Assembly (NCBI GenBank): GCA_951406725.2
Contig: OX597819.1
Coordinates: 45,818,001 to 45,882,000 of the forward strand
Direction: 5' to 3'
DNA length: 64,000 bases
Source of the DNA: Octopus vulgaris
Lineage: Eukaryota
Part shown: piece by piece, positions 42,770 to 54,126 of the stretch
Layout: the number at the start of each line of letters is the position of its first letter
Numbering within the stretch: the stretch's first letter is position 1
Made by a program: the position numbers and the translations under genes
Notes under the pieces: model-generated
The model's input: only the letters and a program-made list of their open reading frames with translations
Told to the model about the DNA's origin: nothing
Databases searched by the model: none

Positions 42770-43110
42770 TCATAATTCCAGAAATGAGGAAGTGAAAAGA
42801 AGAAAATAAAGCAGGCAATAGGGCCTATGAGGAACCACAGTAGAGGAACGCAAACTCAGGTAGTCCGAGCATGTCATCCGCTCATCAGGGATGGCGAAAA
42901 CAAACCTCCAGGGAACATTCCTGGCGGACGCAGGGGCAGATGGAGAAAGAGATAAGAAAACATCTGTGAATGGACAGCCTAAAGATAGAAGACGCAGTGC
43001 GAGAGACAGAAGATAAAGAAAGGTGGAGGGATCTGGTTGCAAGGTAGGTCATCAGTGGTGCCCCAACGTTCAGCCAGACCTCCGGATATGTAATGTAATG
43101 TATGTAACTA
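42770..43110 (+). mobile_element. RTE-clade LINE 3' fragment with (TGTAA)n tail
   Basis: RNEEVKRR..KQAIGP..RKLR*.EHVIRSSGMAKTNLQGT..GGRRGRWRKR..NICEWT..IEDAVRETEDKERWRDLVAR..VVPQR, then atgtaatgtaatgtatgtaa. Confidence 0.85.
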
Positions 43111-43162
43111 CAATACACAATTCTTTTTTCCATATGGTTGCTAATGATATTTAATTACAAAA

Positions 43163-43378
43163 GGGGCAGCGAGCTGGCAGAATCCTTAGCAACGTCGAGT
43201 AAAATGCCTAGCAGATTTCGCCTGTCCCCAGGTGCTGAGTTCAAATTCCACCGAGGTTTACTTTGCCTTTCATCTCTTCGAAGTCGCTAAAATAAGTACC
43301 AGTTAAGCACTGATGTCGATGTAATCGACTTATTCTCTTCCCCAAAATTCCTGGCCTCGTGCTAAAATTTGAAATCAA
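43163..43378 (+). mobile_element. SINE family A, diverged
   Basis: ggcagcgagctggcagaa...ctgagttcaaattcc...tttgcctttcatc...aagtaccagtt. Confidence 0.8.
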
Positions 43379-43609
43379 TATTTAATCATCAAAAATACAT
43401 TAGTGTGTTTTTTATACACACCGAGTGGTTATGGAGGGCCAGTAGAGATGAACAGGAATCAAAGGGGTCTATAAGAAAGAAATGGTTGAGAACCAACACC
43501 ATTTTCCATGCCGCCGCTACAAATCACTAAAACAGCTAGATGCTCGGGAACTGCAATCACCAACAATACCACCGTAACCATCCCAAAAGAAACAAAAATA
43601 ACCACGTAT

Positions 43610-44010
43610 AGGTGTAGGAGTGGCTGTGTGATAAGTAGCGTTCTTACGAACCACATGGTTACAGGTTCAGTTCCTCTGCATGGCACCTTGGGTAAGTGTT
43701 TTCTACTGTAGCCTCGGGCCGACCAAAGCCTTGTGAGTGGATTTGGTAGAGGGAAACTGAAAAAAGCCCGTCGGATATATGTATGTGTGTGTGTGTGTGT
43801 AAGTTTGTGTGTCTGTGTTTGTCCCCCAACATCGCTTGACAACCGATGCTGGTGTGTTTAGGTCCCCGTAACTTAGCGGTTCGGCAAAAGAGATCAATAG
43901 AATAAGTACTAGGCTTACAAAGAATAAGTCCAGGGGTCGATTTGCTCGACTAAAAGGCGGTGCTCCAGCATGACCACAGTCAAATGACTGAAACAAGTAA
44001 AAGAGTAAAA
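43610..44010 (+). mobile_element. SINE family B, full length (tRNA head, CORE-like segment, internal microsatellite)
   Basis: ggtgtaggagtggctgtgtgataag...ggttcagttcc (B-box-like)...gcaccttgggtaagtgttttc (CORE-like)...(TG)n...gactgaaacaagtaaaagagtaaaa tail. Confidence 0.9.
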
Positions 44011-44199
44011 ATAGTACGTGGCCATCACCGGCAATAAGAACAGCATGAACATCACCACAACAAAAATCTGTACTATGAACACCACTGCCGCTATAAGAAA
44101 CATTATCATCGTTAACTCACTACCGATGTCATCATCAACTCACAACTGTCATCGTCACCATCAACTAGCACCACAAGCAACATAATTTCCACTAGCACC

Positions 44200-44231
<32 letters not shown>

Positions 44232-44346
44232 CAACTCCCACCAGCACTGCAACATGCAACATGACAAATGCCACTAGCACCACTAGCACCACCTCACACC
44301 ACCGCTAAAAACAACACAGACATACCACTACGAGTATTATATCTCC

Positions 44347-44550
44347 AGGCGTAGGAGTGGCTGTGTGGAACGTAGCTTCCTTACGAACCTCATGGCTCCG
44401 GGTTCAGTCCCACAGCGTGGCACCTTGGGCAAATGTCTTGTACTATAGCTTCGGGCCGACCAAAGCCTTGTGAGTGGATCTGGTAGACGGAAACTGAACG
44501 AAGCCCGTCGTATATCTGTATATATATATGTATCTATATCTATATATCTA

Positions 44551-44605
<55 letters not shown>

Positions 44606-44710
44606 ATGTGTGTGTGTGTGTGTGTGTATGTATTTATGTGAGTGTATATGTTTGTATGTCTGTCTTTGTCCCCACAACATCGCTTTACGACGGATGCTGT
44701 TGTGTAGATA
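44347..44710 (+). mobile_element. SINE family B, 3'-truncated
   Basis: Matches 43610-43855, with a longer internal (TA)n(TG)n. Confidence 0.85.
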
Positions 44711-44926
44711 CCCACACTGCATTTAAAATCACTACAACAGATTAATTAGCATTGCTACTCCAACTACTAGTACTTTCACTGCTACCACTAATTACCAATA
44801 CTACCACTACAACTAGAATTAGCATCACTACTATCACCGCCACTGTAAATATGAGGTTTACTCCCACAACTATAAGTACTTCTACTTATACCGAAATTAC
44901 ATATATATACATCTATATATAATACA

Positions 44927-45192
44927 GTTCTAGATTTAAGAGATGAGGAATTATGTACATTATTTACATTATTTACATTTGCCCGTGGTCATGTGGCGTA
45001 GTGGTTAAGAGTGTGGGCTACTAACCGCAAGATTCCGAGTTCGATTCCAGGCAGTGGAAATTTCCCCAAGACACATGATGAAGGCTGGAGGGTATATCAG
45101 CCGAAACGTTGTGTTAACAACAAACAAGATGAGGCCAAATATCCGTCAAATGTAAATGATGTACATAGTTCCTCATCTCTTAAATATAGAAC
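44927..45192 (+). mobile_element. Composite element: inverted 3'-end copy + tRNA-like head + minimal hammerhead-like motif + 3' end
   Basis: Inverted arms 44927-44981 and 45147-45192. A box TGGCGTAGTGG 44994-45004, B box GAGTTCGATTCC 45037-45048. Motif gacac-aTGATGA-a-ggctg(10 nt)cagcc-GAAA-cg-tt-gtgtt at 45070-45115. Confidence 0.7.
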
Positions 45193-45349
45193 ATTATTAT
45201 TATTATTATTACTATTATTATTCAGATCGACTTTGCCTTTCATCCTTTCGGGGTCGATAAATTAAATAGCATTTGCGTACTGGAGTAGATCTAATCGACT
45301 GCCTTCCCTCCCACAAAATTTCGGGCTTGTGCCTAGAGTAGAAAAGAAG

Positions 45350-46345
45350 CTCAATTTGTATCAGAGAGTCGGTAAACAGCATACATTTTATTTTCTTCAC
45401 AAATTTTGATATTCAATTTAAATTTGCTTTATATTATTTAATAGAAAGTGTTTCTCTGTTCCTTCTTTTTGTTCTGTTGCATTTTTCGCACATTGGTACA
45501 ATAAAAATTGTTAAAAATTTGGTTGCCGAGTTCCCGTTCCTTCAGCACAAATTTTCATTGATCGAATTTTCTAATATTCGGTTCATGTATTCACATCAGG
45601 GAATGATCATCCGTTTTCTAAGTGACATGCCTGCTTGGCAAATATAATTCTCACCATTTCCCCGGTATGTTATGGATATAAATTATGAGAGCCTTTTTAT
45701 TTTAAAATTTGGTCCTTTTTTGAAACGGAACCATAAGCCTCCTTTATATAAGTACAAATTCTAGAAAAATGACCTTGCCCATTTCTGTCTGTTTGATAAA
45801 ATGTTGATAGGTAAATAAGAATTTAGTCATATTTTCATTAGTTCGAGCTGTTGCGTTTTTGTTTTTCTTGTATTTTGAGTGTCTCTTTTTGTCTAAAGTT
45901 TTCGCTTTTATATTGCGTCTTAAAAGTAGCAAATTCTAATTAATTTCATTAAATGCCTCAATATTCAAAGAATTATGTGATGAAATGTAAAAGAAAATAT
46001 TTGCCTTTGTTCTGCTACGGACAAAGACAAATTCGTTCGTATTTACACATCTTACATCACTGATGTCAGTTGTCTCTGCTTTCTCAATTCTGCCATCAAT
46101 TAATAATGATGACTAACTTCATTCAATTGAAATATATTTTAGTTCTCTAGTCTCGTTTCACGTGTTACAGTGTAACACAATACTTCATATTCTTTTAGTA
46201 AGATTGAAGAAAATAAGGATTATCCTGTGTTTTGGATGGCATCAAGTAAAAAGTAAATATTCCCTCTAGTCTAATAATTAATAATATACATCTGTCTCAT
46301 TCCTTGTAGCATAATTTTTACATGTAATACGTCCAAAATACGTAA
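45350..46345 (-). mobile_element. Highly decayed Penelope-like element (RT C-terminus + GIY-YIG)
   Basis: Minus remnants: LDVL...ETDVYY*..D*REYLLFT*CHPKH...FNLTKRI*SIV (~46340-46170) and FISITYRGNGENYICQAGMSLRKRM (~45680-45605). Confidence 0.7.
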
Positions 46346-46421
46346 TTTACACTTACACTCCGTAGCAAAGTGCAAGCTATTCATTGCTAAGAATATTTAT
46401 AAGTGTCTCCAATTCCAGAAC

Positions 46422-46525
<104 letters not shown>

Positions 46526-46643
46526 GTGTGTGTGTGTGTGTGTGTGTGTGTAACTGTATTAAATTCAGAGAGTCTATGTATATGTGACTCTTTTTCCAAT
46601 AACTTCGTAGAATTTCGTTTTTGGATTTGGTTTGCAAAATTCT

Positions 46644-46850
46644 TGGGGACAGTCATTTTATTTTTTTGCCTTATAATTTAACACACTCACCAGTAAAATT
46701 TCCACTTATTTCTTAACTTTATTTTCCTAAAATTTTCGTAGGTTGCAAGACTCAACGAAAATTTTAGGAACATTAAAATAAGAAATAAGTGGAAATTTTA
46801 CCGGTGAGTGTGTTAAATTATAAGGCGCAAAAAGAAAATGATTCTCCCCA
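46644..46850. repeat. Long inverted repeat (~95-bp arms, ~15-nt spacer)
   Basis: tggggacagtcatttt...aaaattttcgt versus acgaaaatttt...aaaatgattctcccca. Confidence 0.9.
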
Positions 46851-46989
46851 TACACGACAGAATTGTAGAATTTTTTAGATAGCATTTCCAAATTTCCTTC
46901 AAGTAGTTGTAAATTTAGTTTCCATGTTGCCTATATTTTTCATATGTTTTTATCTTAATGTATTCCGTTAGTAAATTTGTACACGTTGG

Positions 46990-48054
46990 GGTTGGATCAG
47001 CTGCAACAACAGCGCGTTATTCGAGCAATTTTGGTATTCAACTTCAAAACATGGACGTAAGGCAGCTGAAACTGCTTGTGATAAACGTTTGGTGAGGAAA
47101 TGACCACGAGTGGTCAGATCGAAGATAGTTTAAACAATTTAGCAGTACAACCTGAAGATCGTGAGCATAGTGGATACCCATCTGTTATCGATGACAGCCA
47201 AGTAAAGACCGTCATTGAAAAAGATCAATGTAAAACCGCTCAAGAAATGGTAAAAGTACCTGAAGTTAGTCACAAAACTGCCTGCAATCATTTGCATGCG
47301 ACTGGAAAATAAAAAAAAGCTCAACAAATGAGTACCACACGATTTGAAGGAAAATCAGAAAATGCGCCGATATAAAATTTGCTCGTCACTTCTCCGTAAC
47401 CAGATCCGTTCATTTCTCGACCGTATTGTGTCTTGTGATGAAAAGTGGATTCTGTACAATAATAAAAAATGTTCTTTGCAGTGGTTGGACTAAAATGAGG
47501 CGCCGAAAAATTTTCTCTATTCCCGAGTTCTTCAAAAAGAAGGTTCTGTTTGTGGTATACTGCTAGACTCATCCAATATAACTACTTAAAACCCGGAAAA
47601 ATCATTAATGCAGAAACATATTGCCATGAAATCGCCGAATGAACGAAAAACTGCTACTCCTCCGTCCCAGATTGCTCAACAGAAGAGGGCCAATAATTCT
47701 TCATGACATTGCTCGACAATACGGTTCGCTACAGACTCTCCAGAAGTTGTAGGAACTTGGCTACGAAGTTTTTCCTCAACCATCCCATCGACTACTATTT
47801 TTACAAGCACCTTGATGGTTTCCTGCGAGAGAAGGAGTTAAAAATCAAACGGATGCTGAAAGTGCGCTCAAAGGGTTCATCAGGTGCAGAACTCCGGATT
47901 TTTATGTTACCGGAATAGACAAACTTGAAACATGTTGGCAAAAATGTTTTGATTGTAATGGTACTGACTATGATGAATAAAATTTCTGCGTTGTTGAAAT
48001 ATATTGTGATGAATTTCGTGTTTCAAAACATTGCTTACATTTTACTCAGCCTAA
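46990..48054 (+). mobile_element. mariner transposon fossil (transposase pseudogene + right TIR)
   Basis: IRAILVFNFK..RKAAETA, (W)VPHDL, RIVSCDEKWILYNN, ILHD.AR, DYYFYKHLD. Ends cttacattttactcagcctaa. A related terminus occurs at ~5525-5560. Confidence 0.9.
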
Positions 48055-48079
48055 CACACACACACACATATATATATAT

Positions 48080-48282
48080 GTTGATTCGCTAGCCTCTGCA
48101 CGCATTTTTTTTCTCACCTTGTTTCTTTGTGTGTTTCTTTTCTGTGTATCTTTCTGTTGAAGAGCGTAGGCTCGAAACGTAAAAGACTTGTTTTATTTAT
48201 ATTCCTGAGCGCCATACTAATACAATTGTTTGTTTGTATTCCACCTGCCTTCGTCTTTTGTTTATTTTCATAAAGCTTCCCG

Positions 48283-48285
<3 letters not shown>
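48080..48285 (+). mobile_element. Penelope-like terminus with hammerhead-like motif, in (TA)n
   Basis: tcttt-CTGTTGA-a-gagc-gtag-gctc-GAAA-cg-ta-aaaga at 48149-48186. Homologous to 6089-6232 and 24595-24780. Confidence 0.65.
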
Positions 48286-48327
<42 letters not shown>

Positions 48328-48760
48328 GGAGTAAGCAAATAAATGTGAAACATGGTGGGAAAAAAAGAGTACTCAAATACCAGAGGTAGATTAATATGCT
48401 TTATTTAAAAGCAGCAGAAAAATATCAAAAAGCTGTTACTCGGAGTTTCACGTTCCCGTTCGTCTGCTTTTAAATAAAGTTTGTATATATGTACGTATGT
48501 ATGTATGTATGTATGTATGTATGTATGTATGTATGTATGTATGTATGTATGTATGTATGTATGTATGTATATAAATTTGTTTATACTTCTTGCGCTGATG
48601 AGTATAGTGATATATAATTAATTTAATTATTTTTATTCAACCATGAATTTGCATGATTTTTATATCCTTGTTCGAAACAATCGCCTGCTTGAATTAAAAT
48701 TCTCTTACATTTTAGCATCTTCTCAGACAGACAGACATACAGTCAGACAGACAGGCAGGC

Positions 48761-48867
<107 letters not shown>

Positions 48868-48868
48868 C

Positions 48869-48952
<84 letters not shown>

Positions 48953-49695
48953 GGATGGGCGAGTCTTCAGATACATCAATAGATATGCAGATAGGGAGAT
49001 ATATTGACAGATAGACAAATAAATGAATAACCGATCTAAAACGAAATGTCATATTTAAAAGTACAGATTTGATAAAATGGCACGACTTCAAAAGTATTAT
49101 TTGGCATTTCTTGATCGTGTTTAACTTAATTATATTACCATAATGTTTTCAAATCCGCTGGCTTATACCTTGGAATATCCAAGAGTTCCATTTAGTTAGC
49201 ATTAGTATTATTTAGGCATCCATTTGATAGAACGGTTAGCGTATCGGACAAAAACGCTTAGCGGTATTTCGTCTTTATGTTCGTCGTGTTTTGTTCCCAT
49301 TCTTTAGGTTCTGGTTTCAGATCTTCCCGATGTCATCTTTATTCTTCACGCGCTCGGGGGTCGTTGAAATGGAAGTGCGAGTTGAAACCTGGGAGGATCT
49401 ACTCGAGTAACATTCCTTCTCAGAAATGATTGGCCTTGTTCCTAAAAAAAAAGCATGCATTCCATACACATGTATCTATCTACTTACCTCTCTCTCCCTC
49501 TCCCCCTCCCTCTCCCCTCCCTCTCCCCCTCTCTCTTTCTCTCTCTCTCTATATATATATACATATGTGTCAAAAACTTTATGTTTCCCGTTCTTTTGTG
49601 CATTTATTATGTTGACATTCAGTGTCTGTTTTACGTTTGTGCATTTAGTATACAGCTTTTCAGTTATTAACTAACGGAACGCATCGCCCCCTCGT

Positions 49696-49775
<80 letters not shown>

Positions 49776-49789
49776 ATGGCTAGTCATTA

Positions 49790-51050
49790 CAAAATAAGGA
49801 GTGGATTCTAAAGATTTTTGCTTCATTTAATACATCTCTATATGGACACCATTAGTTGCAGGAAGCACATCAAGACGGTAATCAGTTACTTGCCATATTT
49901 GCTGTAGCATAGCCTTATCAATGGTGGCAATGCTATCAGTGATCCTTTGCTTCAGGTCATTGATGTCCCATATCTTTGTTCGCTACACAATGTCTCTAAC
50001 ATAACCCCATATATAGACGTGCAGGGGAGTGATATCCCGGGAACGAAGTGTCCAGGAAATTGGGTCACACCTTCGAATCGACCGGTCTGGAAATGCTTAA
50101 TTTAGGAACCCACAAAAATTCAGTCTCCAATGTAATGGTGCACCATCCCGCTGAAAGACGGCGATTGGTTGAAGATCATCCAGTCGTGGTGCCACGTATT
50201 CAGCCAAAAGGTCAAGTTAAACGGGTAAACGTTTGCTGAAATTGAACTCTCTGTGATGAAAAATGGATTAAAGATTCGATTGCACATCACTCTCCACCAG
50301 GACATTCACCTTTGGTCTATCCCCGTAAAGTTACCTAGTCACATGTGGATGTTCTGATCACAAAATCCTCACATTATGTATGTTCAATTTCCCTGAACCA
50401 TGAATGGTTGCCTCATAACTAAAACAAACTCGGGTGAATACCGCTGCATCCTCAGAAATTCGTTCCAGCATGTTAACTGCAAAGTCTTTTAGTCTTAGGT
50501 TACCATTTGGTTCGAGTGTCATTAAGAGATGCACTTTGTAAACGTACAATCACAAGTTCTTGCGTAGGACTTTGTACACTGCTGAATGTGGTAGCTGTAA
50601 CTGTCTGGCAGCAGTATGGACTTTGTAGGAGAACTAGCAAAGACTTGTCTTACACGATTGTTGTTTTCCTCATATAAGTTTGGTCGTCCACCCCTCATTG
50701 TATCCAACATTCTTCCTGTTTCCATGAACTTCTAGTGCCATGCACAAATTGATGGACCTGGTGGTGGATGTTATCCATGATTAATCTTGAAGTTTTGCCG
50801 AGTCCCCATGTCCGATTCTCTTTCACTAAACCCCGATACCCATTGTGGGTTTCCTTGAGGAGCAGCCATTGTTTTAAGGTTTCATTTACCAGAACCTTTT
50901 CCATCAACAGGGTATCTGAAAATCACAAATGCAATGTGGTAAAAATCTTTGATATCCACTAAGTTTATAGAACAAATCTGATAAACATATCCCATCTATT
51001 GCCTTTGTAATAAATTTCTGAAATTTAAGTAAACTTTACGGACACCCTGT
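49790..51050 (-). mobile_element. Tc1/mariner-superfamily transposon fossil
   Basis: Minus remnants: METG....RGGRP...VRQVFASSPTKS, YKVHL, CFSYEATIHGSGKLNIHNVRI, FQRDGAP.H, RSRDITPL..YIWGYVRD. TA-CAGGGTGTCCGTAAA terminus at ~51035-51051. Confidence 0.85.
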
Positions 51051-51061
51051 ACACACACACA

Positions 51062-51138
<77 letters not shown>

Positions 51139-52104
51139 AACATTAGCGTGGGTATCGTGAAAGAATCCGCAACTGATGGGGTGTCATAGTAACAAGTAGT
51201 GTACCAAAGTATGCGACAAATATTCTGAATGTTTGCAATAAAATGGAGTCTGTTAAATGCATCCAAGAGTCATGTGATAGCTTTAAACTGGATGACCTTA
51301 CGGTATTTATTTCTGTGCCGAGTATGGCTTTACCTTTTCGTTCCCTCTCCATCCAAACAATATTTACCAAGAAATGTAGAAATGTTCCAACCGACGGAAC
51401 TTTATCAAAACTCTTTGTGATATCTTGTTTATTGCCTCTAGTGTGAAAATAGATAAGAATTCAACTTGTCTTATATCTTTCATAAAAGTACCACTAGTCT
51501 AATGTTCTCGATTCCATGCACTATACATAGCGTCACGTACAAGGAGAAAGGAGACGTGTCTAGAAAAGGAACCAGCTATAACAATAAAGATTTGGATGAT
51601 CGTTGTATCTCTTTATGATTTTCATAATCACATCATCTTATGAAGCTGTTATAATGAATGTAGTGAATGCATTCATACAGAGACGGGAAAACGCCAGATT
51701 AAATACCTTGCAGTATCTACTTGTATATCCGTTCATATATTGTGTTCACAAACTCTGGAACACTGAAATAAGCACTAGCGTTCTACTGGTGTGAGTTTAA
51801 AGAAATTTATTTTATAATCACACGAATCCAGGTTCGATCCTACGGGACTTCACTTTAGGTAGGCAGCTACTTGTGAATGTAATTGTGTAGACAAAAATCA
51901 GTGTGGATATGTATAGGATAGATTTACCTCTTCTTGGATAGTTGATTTATCTGTTTCGCCGCTTTAACGTCAGTATTGGATATGTTTTTGCATTTACTGG
52001 ATTTGTTTCTACTACCAGCGATTTTAAACGTCATTCGGTCAGAAAGTTCCCTCCAACAATTCTTAGGGTCACCGAGAAACCTCGAGTTTATTACCTTTTC
52101 TATT

Positions 52105-52238
52105 CTTCTCTACTCTAGGCACAAGGCTTAAAAATTTGAGGGAGGGGCCCAGTCGATTAGATCAACCCTAGTATGCAACTGGTACTTAATTTATCGATCT
52201 CCGACTGGATGAAAGACAAAGTCGACATAGGCGGAATT
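52105..52238 (-). mobile_element. SINE family A, 5'-truncated
   Basis: Core + tail 2. Confidence 0.8.
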
Positions 52239-54067
52239 GCCCTTCCTATTTTCACTAAGCTATTATTAACATCTTCGCAAATGCATTGCAGTATCTCTAG
52301 ATTTTGAGTTCAAACATTGCACAGGTTATTACTACCTACCCACCATTTATGATCAATAAAACATTCTTTTTTTAAGCAATGAATTAGTTTTAGTTAAGCT
52401 TAATCTTTCTCATACAAATTATGATACGTTTCTTTTTTCTCGCTTCAAGCTAAAGCCTGTCTGCGTCAACCTAGCGCACCCTACATATATACTTTTGCTC
52501 TATGGGAGAACACATTGTCAGTGATATACACTTTCTCAGTTGCTGATTCTGCGGTTTTTGTCTGAAACTACATCCCTCAATGTCTTCGCTTCAATCTATT
52601 TATCCATTCAACATAAAGCATTTTCTCGATCGTTCCCACAAAATATTTTATATTGTCAATTATCTCTCAGTCAGAATTAGAACTGAAAGGACAGATTCTG
52701 TTCCCACGCCATACTGAAGTGTCCAAACGTTTGCCTGTAGACAATTTTTAGACACCCATCACCTACAAATTCGTCCGATTCTGTTGTTCTTTCTTTAAGA
52801 TATGTTAGTTAAATCACTTGAGCTCATAAGGAACCATGTCAGTGATGAAATACAATCACTCCTTCTAGAACAGAATGGTTTTAGCACAGCATGTAGATTT
52901 TTTAATCTCTTTAATATTCCACTTTTTGAGTGTCGCTTATGAGTACATGGGTTTAACTTTCAGGTAAATGTTTGTAAATAAACATTTTACAATATTATAC
53001 TGCAAGGAGATTTTTTCCCCAAGGTTCCTCGCAGGTCAGTCAAAAAATCCGTGGTGAGTCACTGATCATATTCTCGGCAAAAGATCGTCATCACTAAATA
53101 AAAGTAGCAAGTATACTGCTACTTTCATTCAGTGATGACGAACCTATGACGAGAGTATCATATCACACGCTATGTCTTCAAAACTAAATTACTATTAAAT
53201 GATATTGTTATATATACTATATCATAAGCCAGTATCCACCATGCATCCAGATGTAAGCTTGTATAGACTCTCCAATTCTTTCTCTCTATGTTGTGCTGCT
53301 TGCACACAGATTCTCGTTTCTTGTCCATTCTTTGATATCATCAGTGTACAAAATACTCCAACATTCTCTTGCTCTCTTCCTCTCCACACTTTCTGTCGGA
53401 ATAGTCCTAGACAGTGATTGGAACACATACTTTAAAAACAACATATAACAATGCATCCTAAAGACAAAAGAAACAAAATAAGGACGGAATAGTCACGTCT
53501 GCAATACTTCAATTAAATGTCTACTCGACTGAGTTTCACCTAAGGCTAAACAACAACACCAGCCACAACTGTGCTTCGTGATTGGTCAAAAGTATCTAAT
53601 ACCGCTAAGAGTATTCGTTTTTGCAGTTGCTATCATATTTTTTCATTTACCAGCTTATGTTCTATCATTGTTATTGTATCTCCTTCTGTTTCTATTTGGA
53701 CCTCTGTACCTCTTGTAGTTGTATATATTTGGCGACGAACGGGGGAGTTGTGGAAGATATCCTTCAATGAGAAAATTGATATAGTCTGCGTGCCTTTGAG
53801 TGAATCTATGAATGTATGTATATAAGTATGTATGTATGTATGTATGTATGCATGCATATGCACGCGTGTACGTACATGTATGTATCTATACATGTATATG
53901 TATGTGTATATTTATGTATGGATGTATATGTATGTGTCTATGTATATTAATATGTATACATAGATATGTATTTATGCATATATATGTATATATTTATCTG
54001 CATATACGTATGTCTGCGTGTATATGTATATACATATGTGTAAATACATATATATATTTACACACAC

Positions 54068-54126
<59 letters not shown>

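Larger units (their letters stand above)
42709..43500. mobile_element. Possible hAT-like non-autonomous element hosting nested insertions
   Basis: Termini tagtgtttctcagcc (42709) and ggttgagaaccaac (~43483) resemble CAGTGGTTCTCAACC hAT/Charlie TIRs. Confidence 0.45.

Noticed and set aside
44985-45057. Functional tRNA gene (also the heads at 6296, 34460, 42495)
   Set aside because: A and B boxes are present but acceptor stems do not pair, and the sequences continue into repeat bodies. They are SINE heads.
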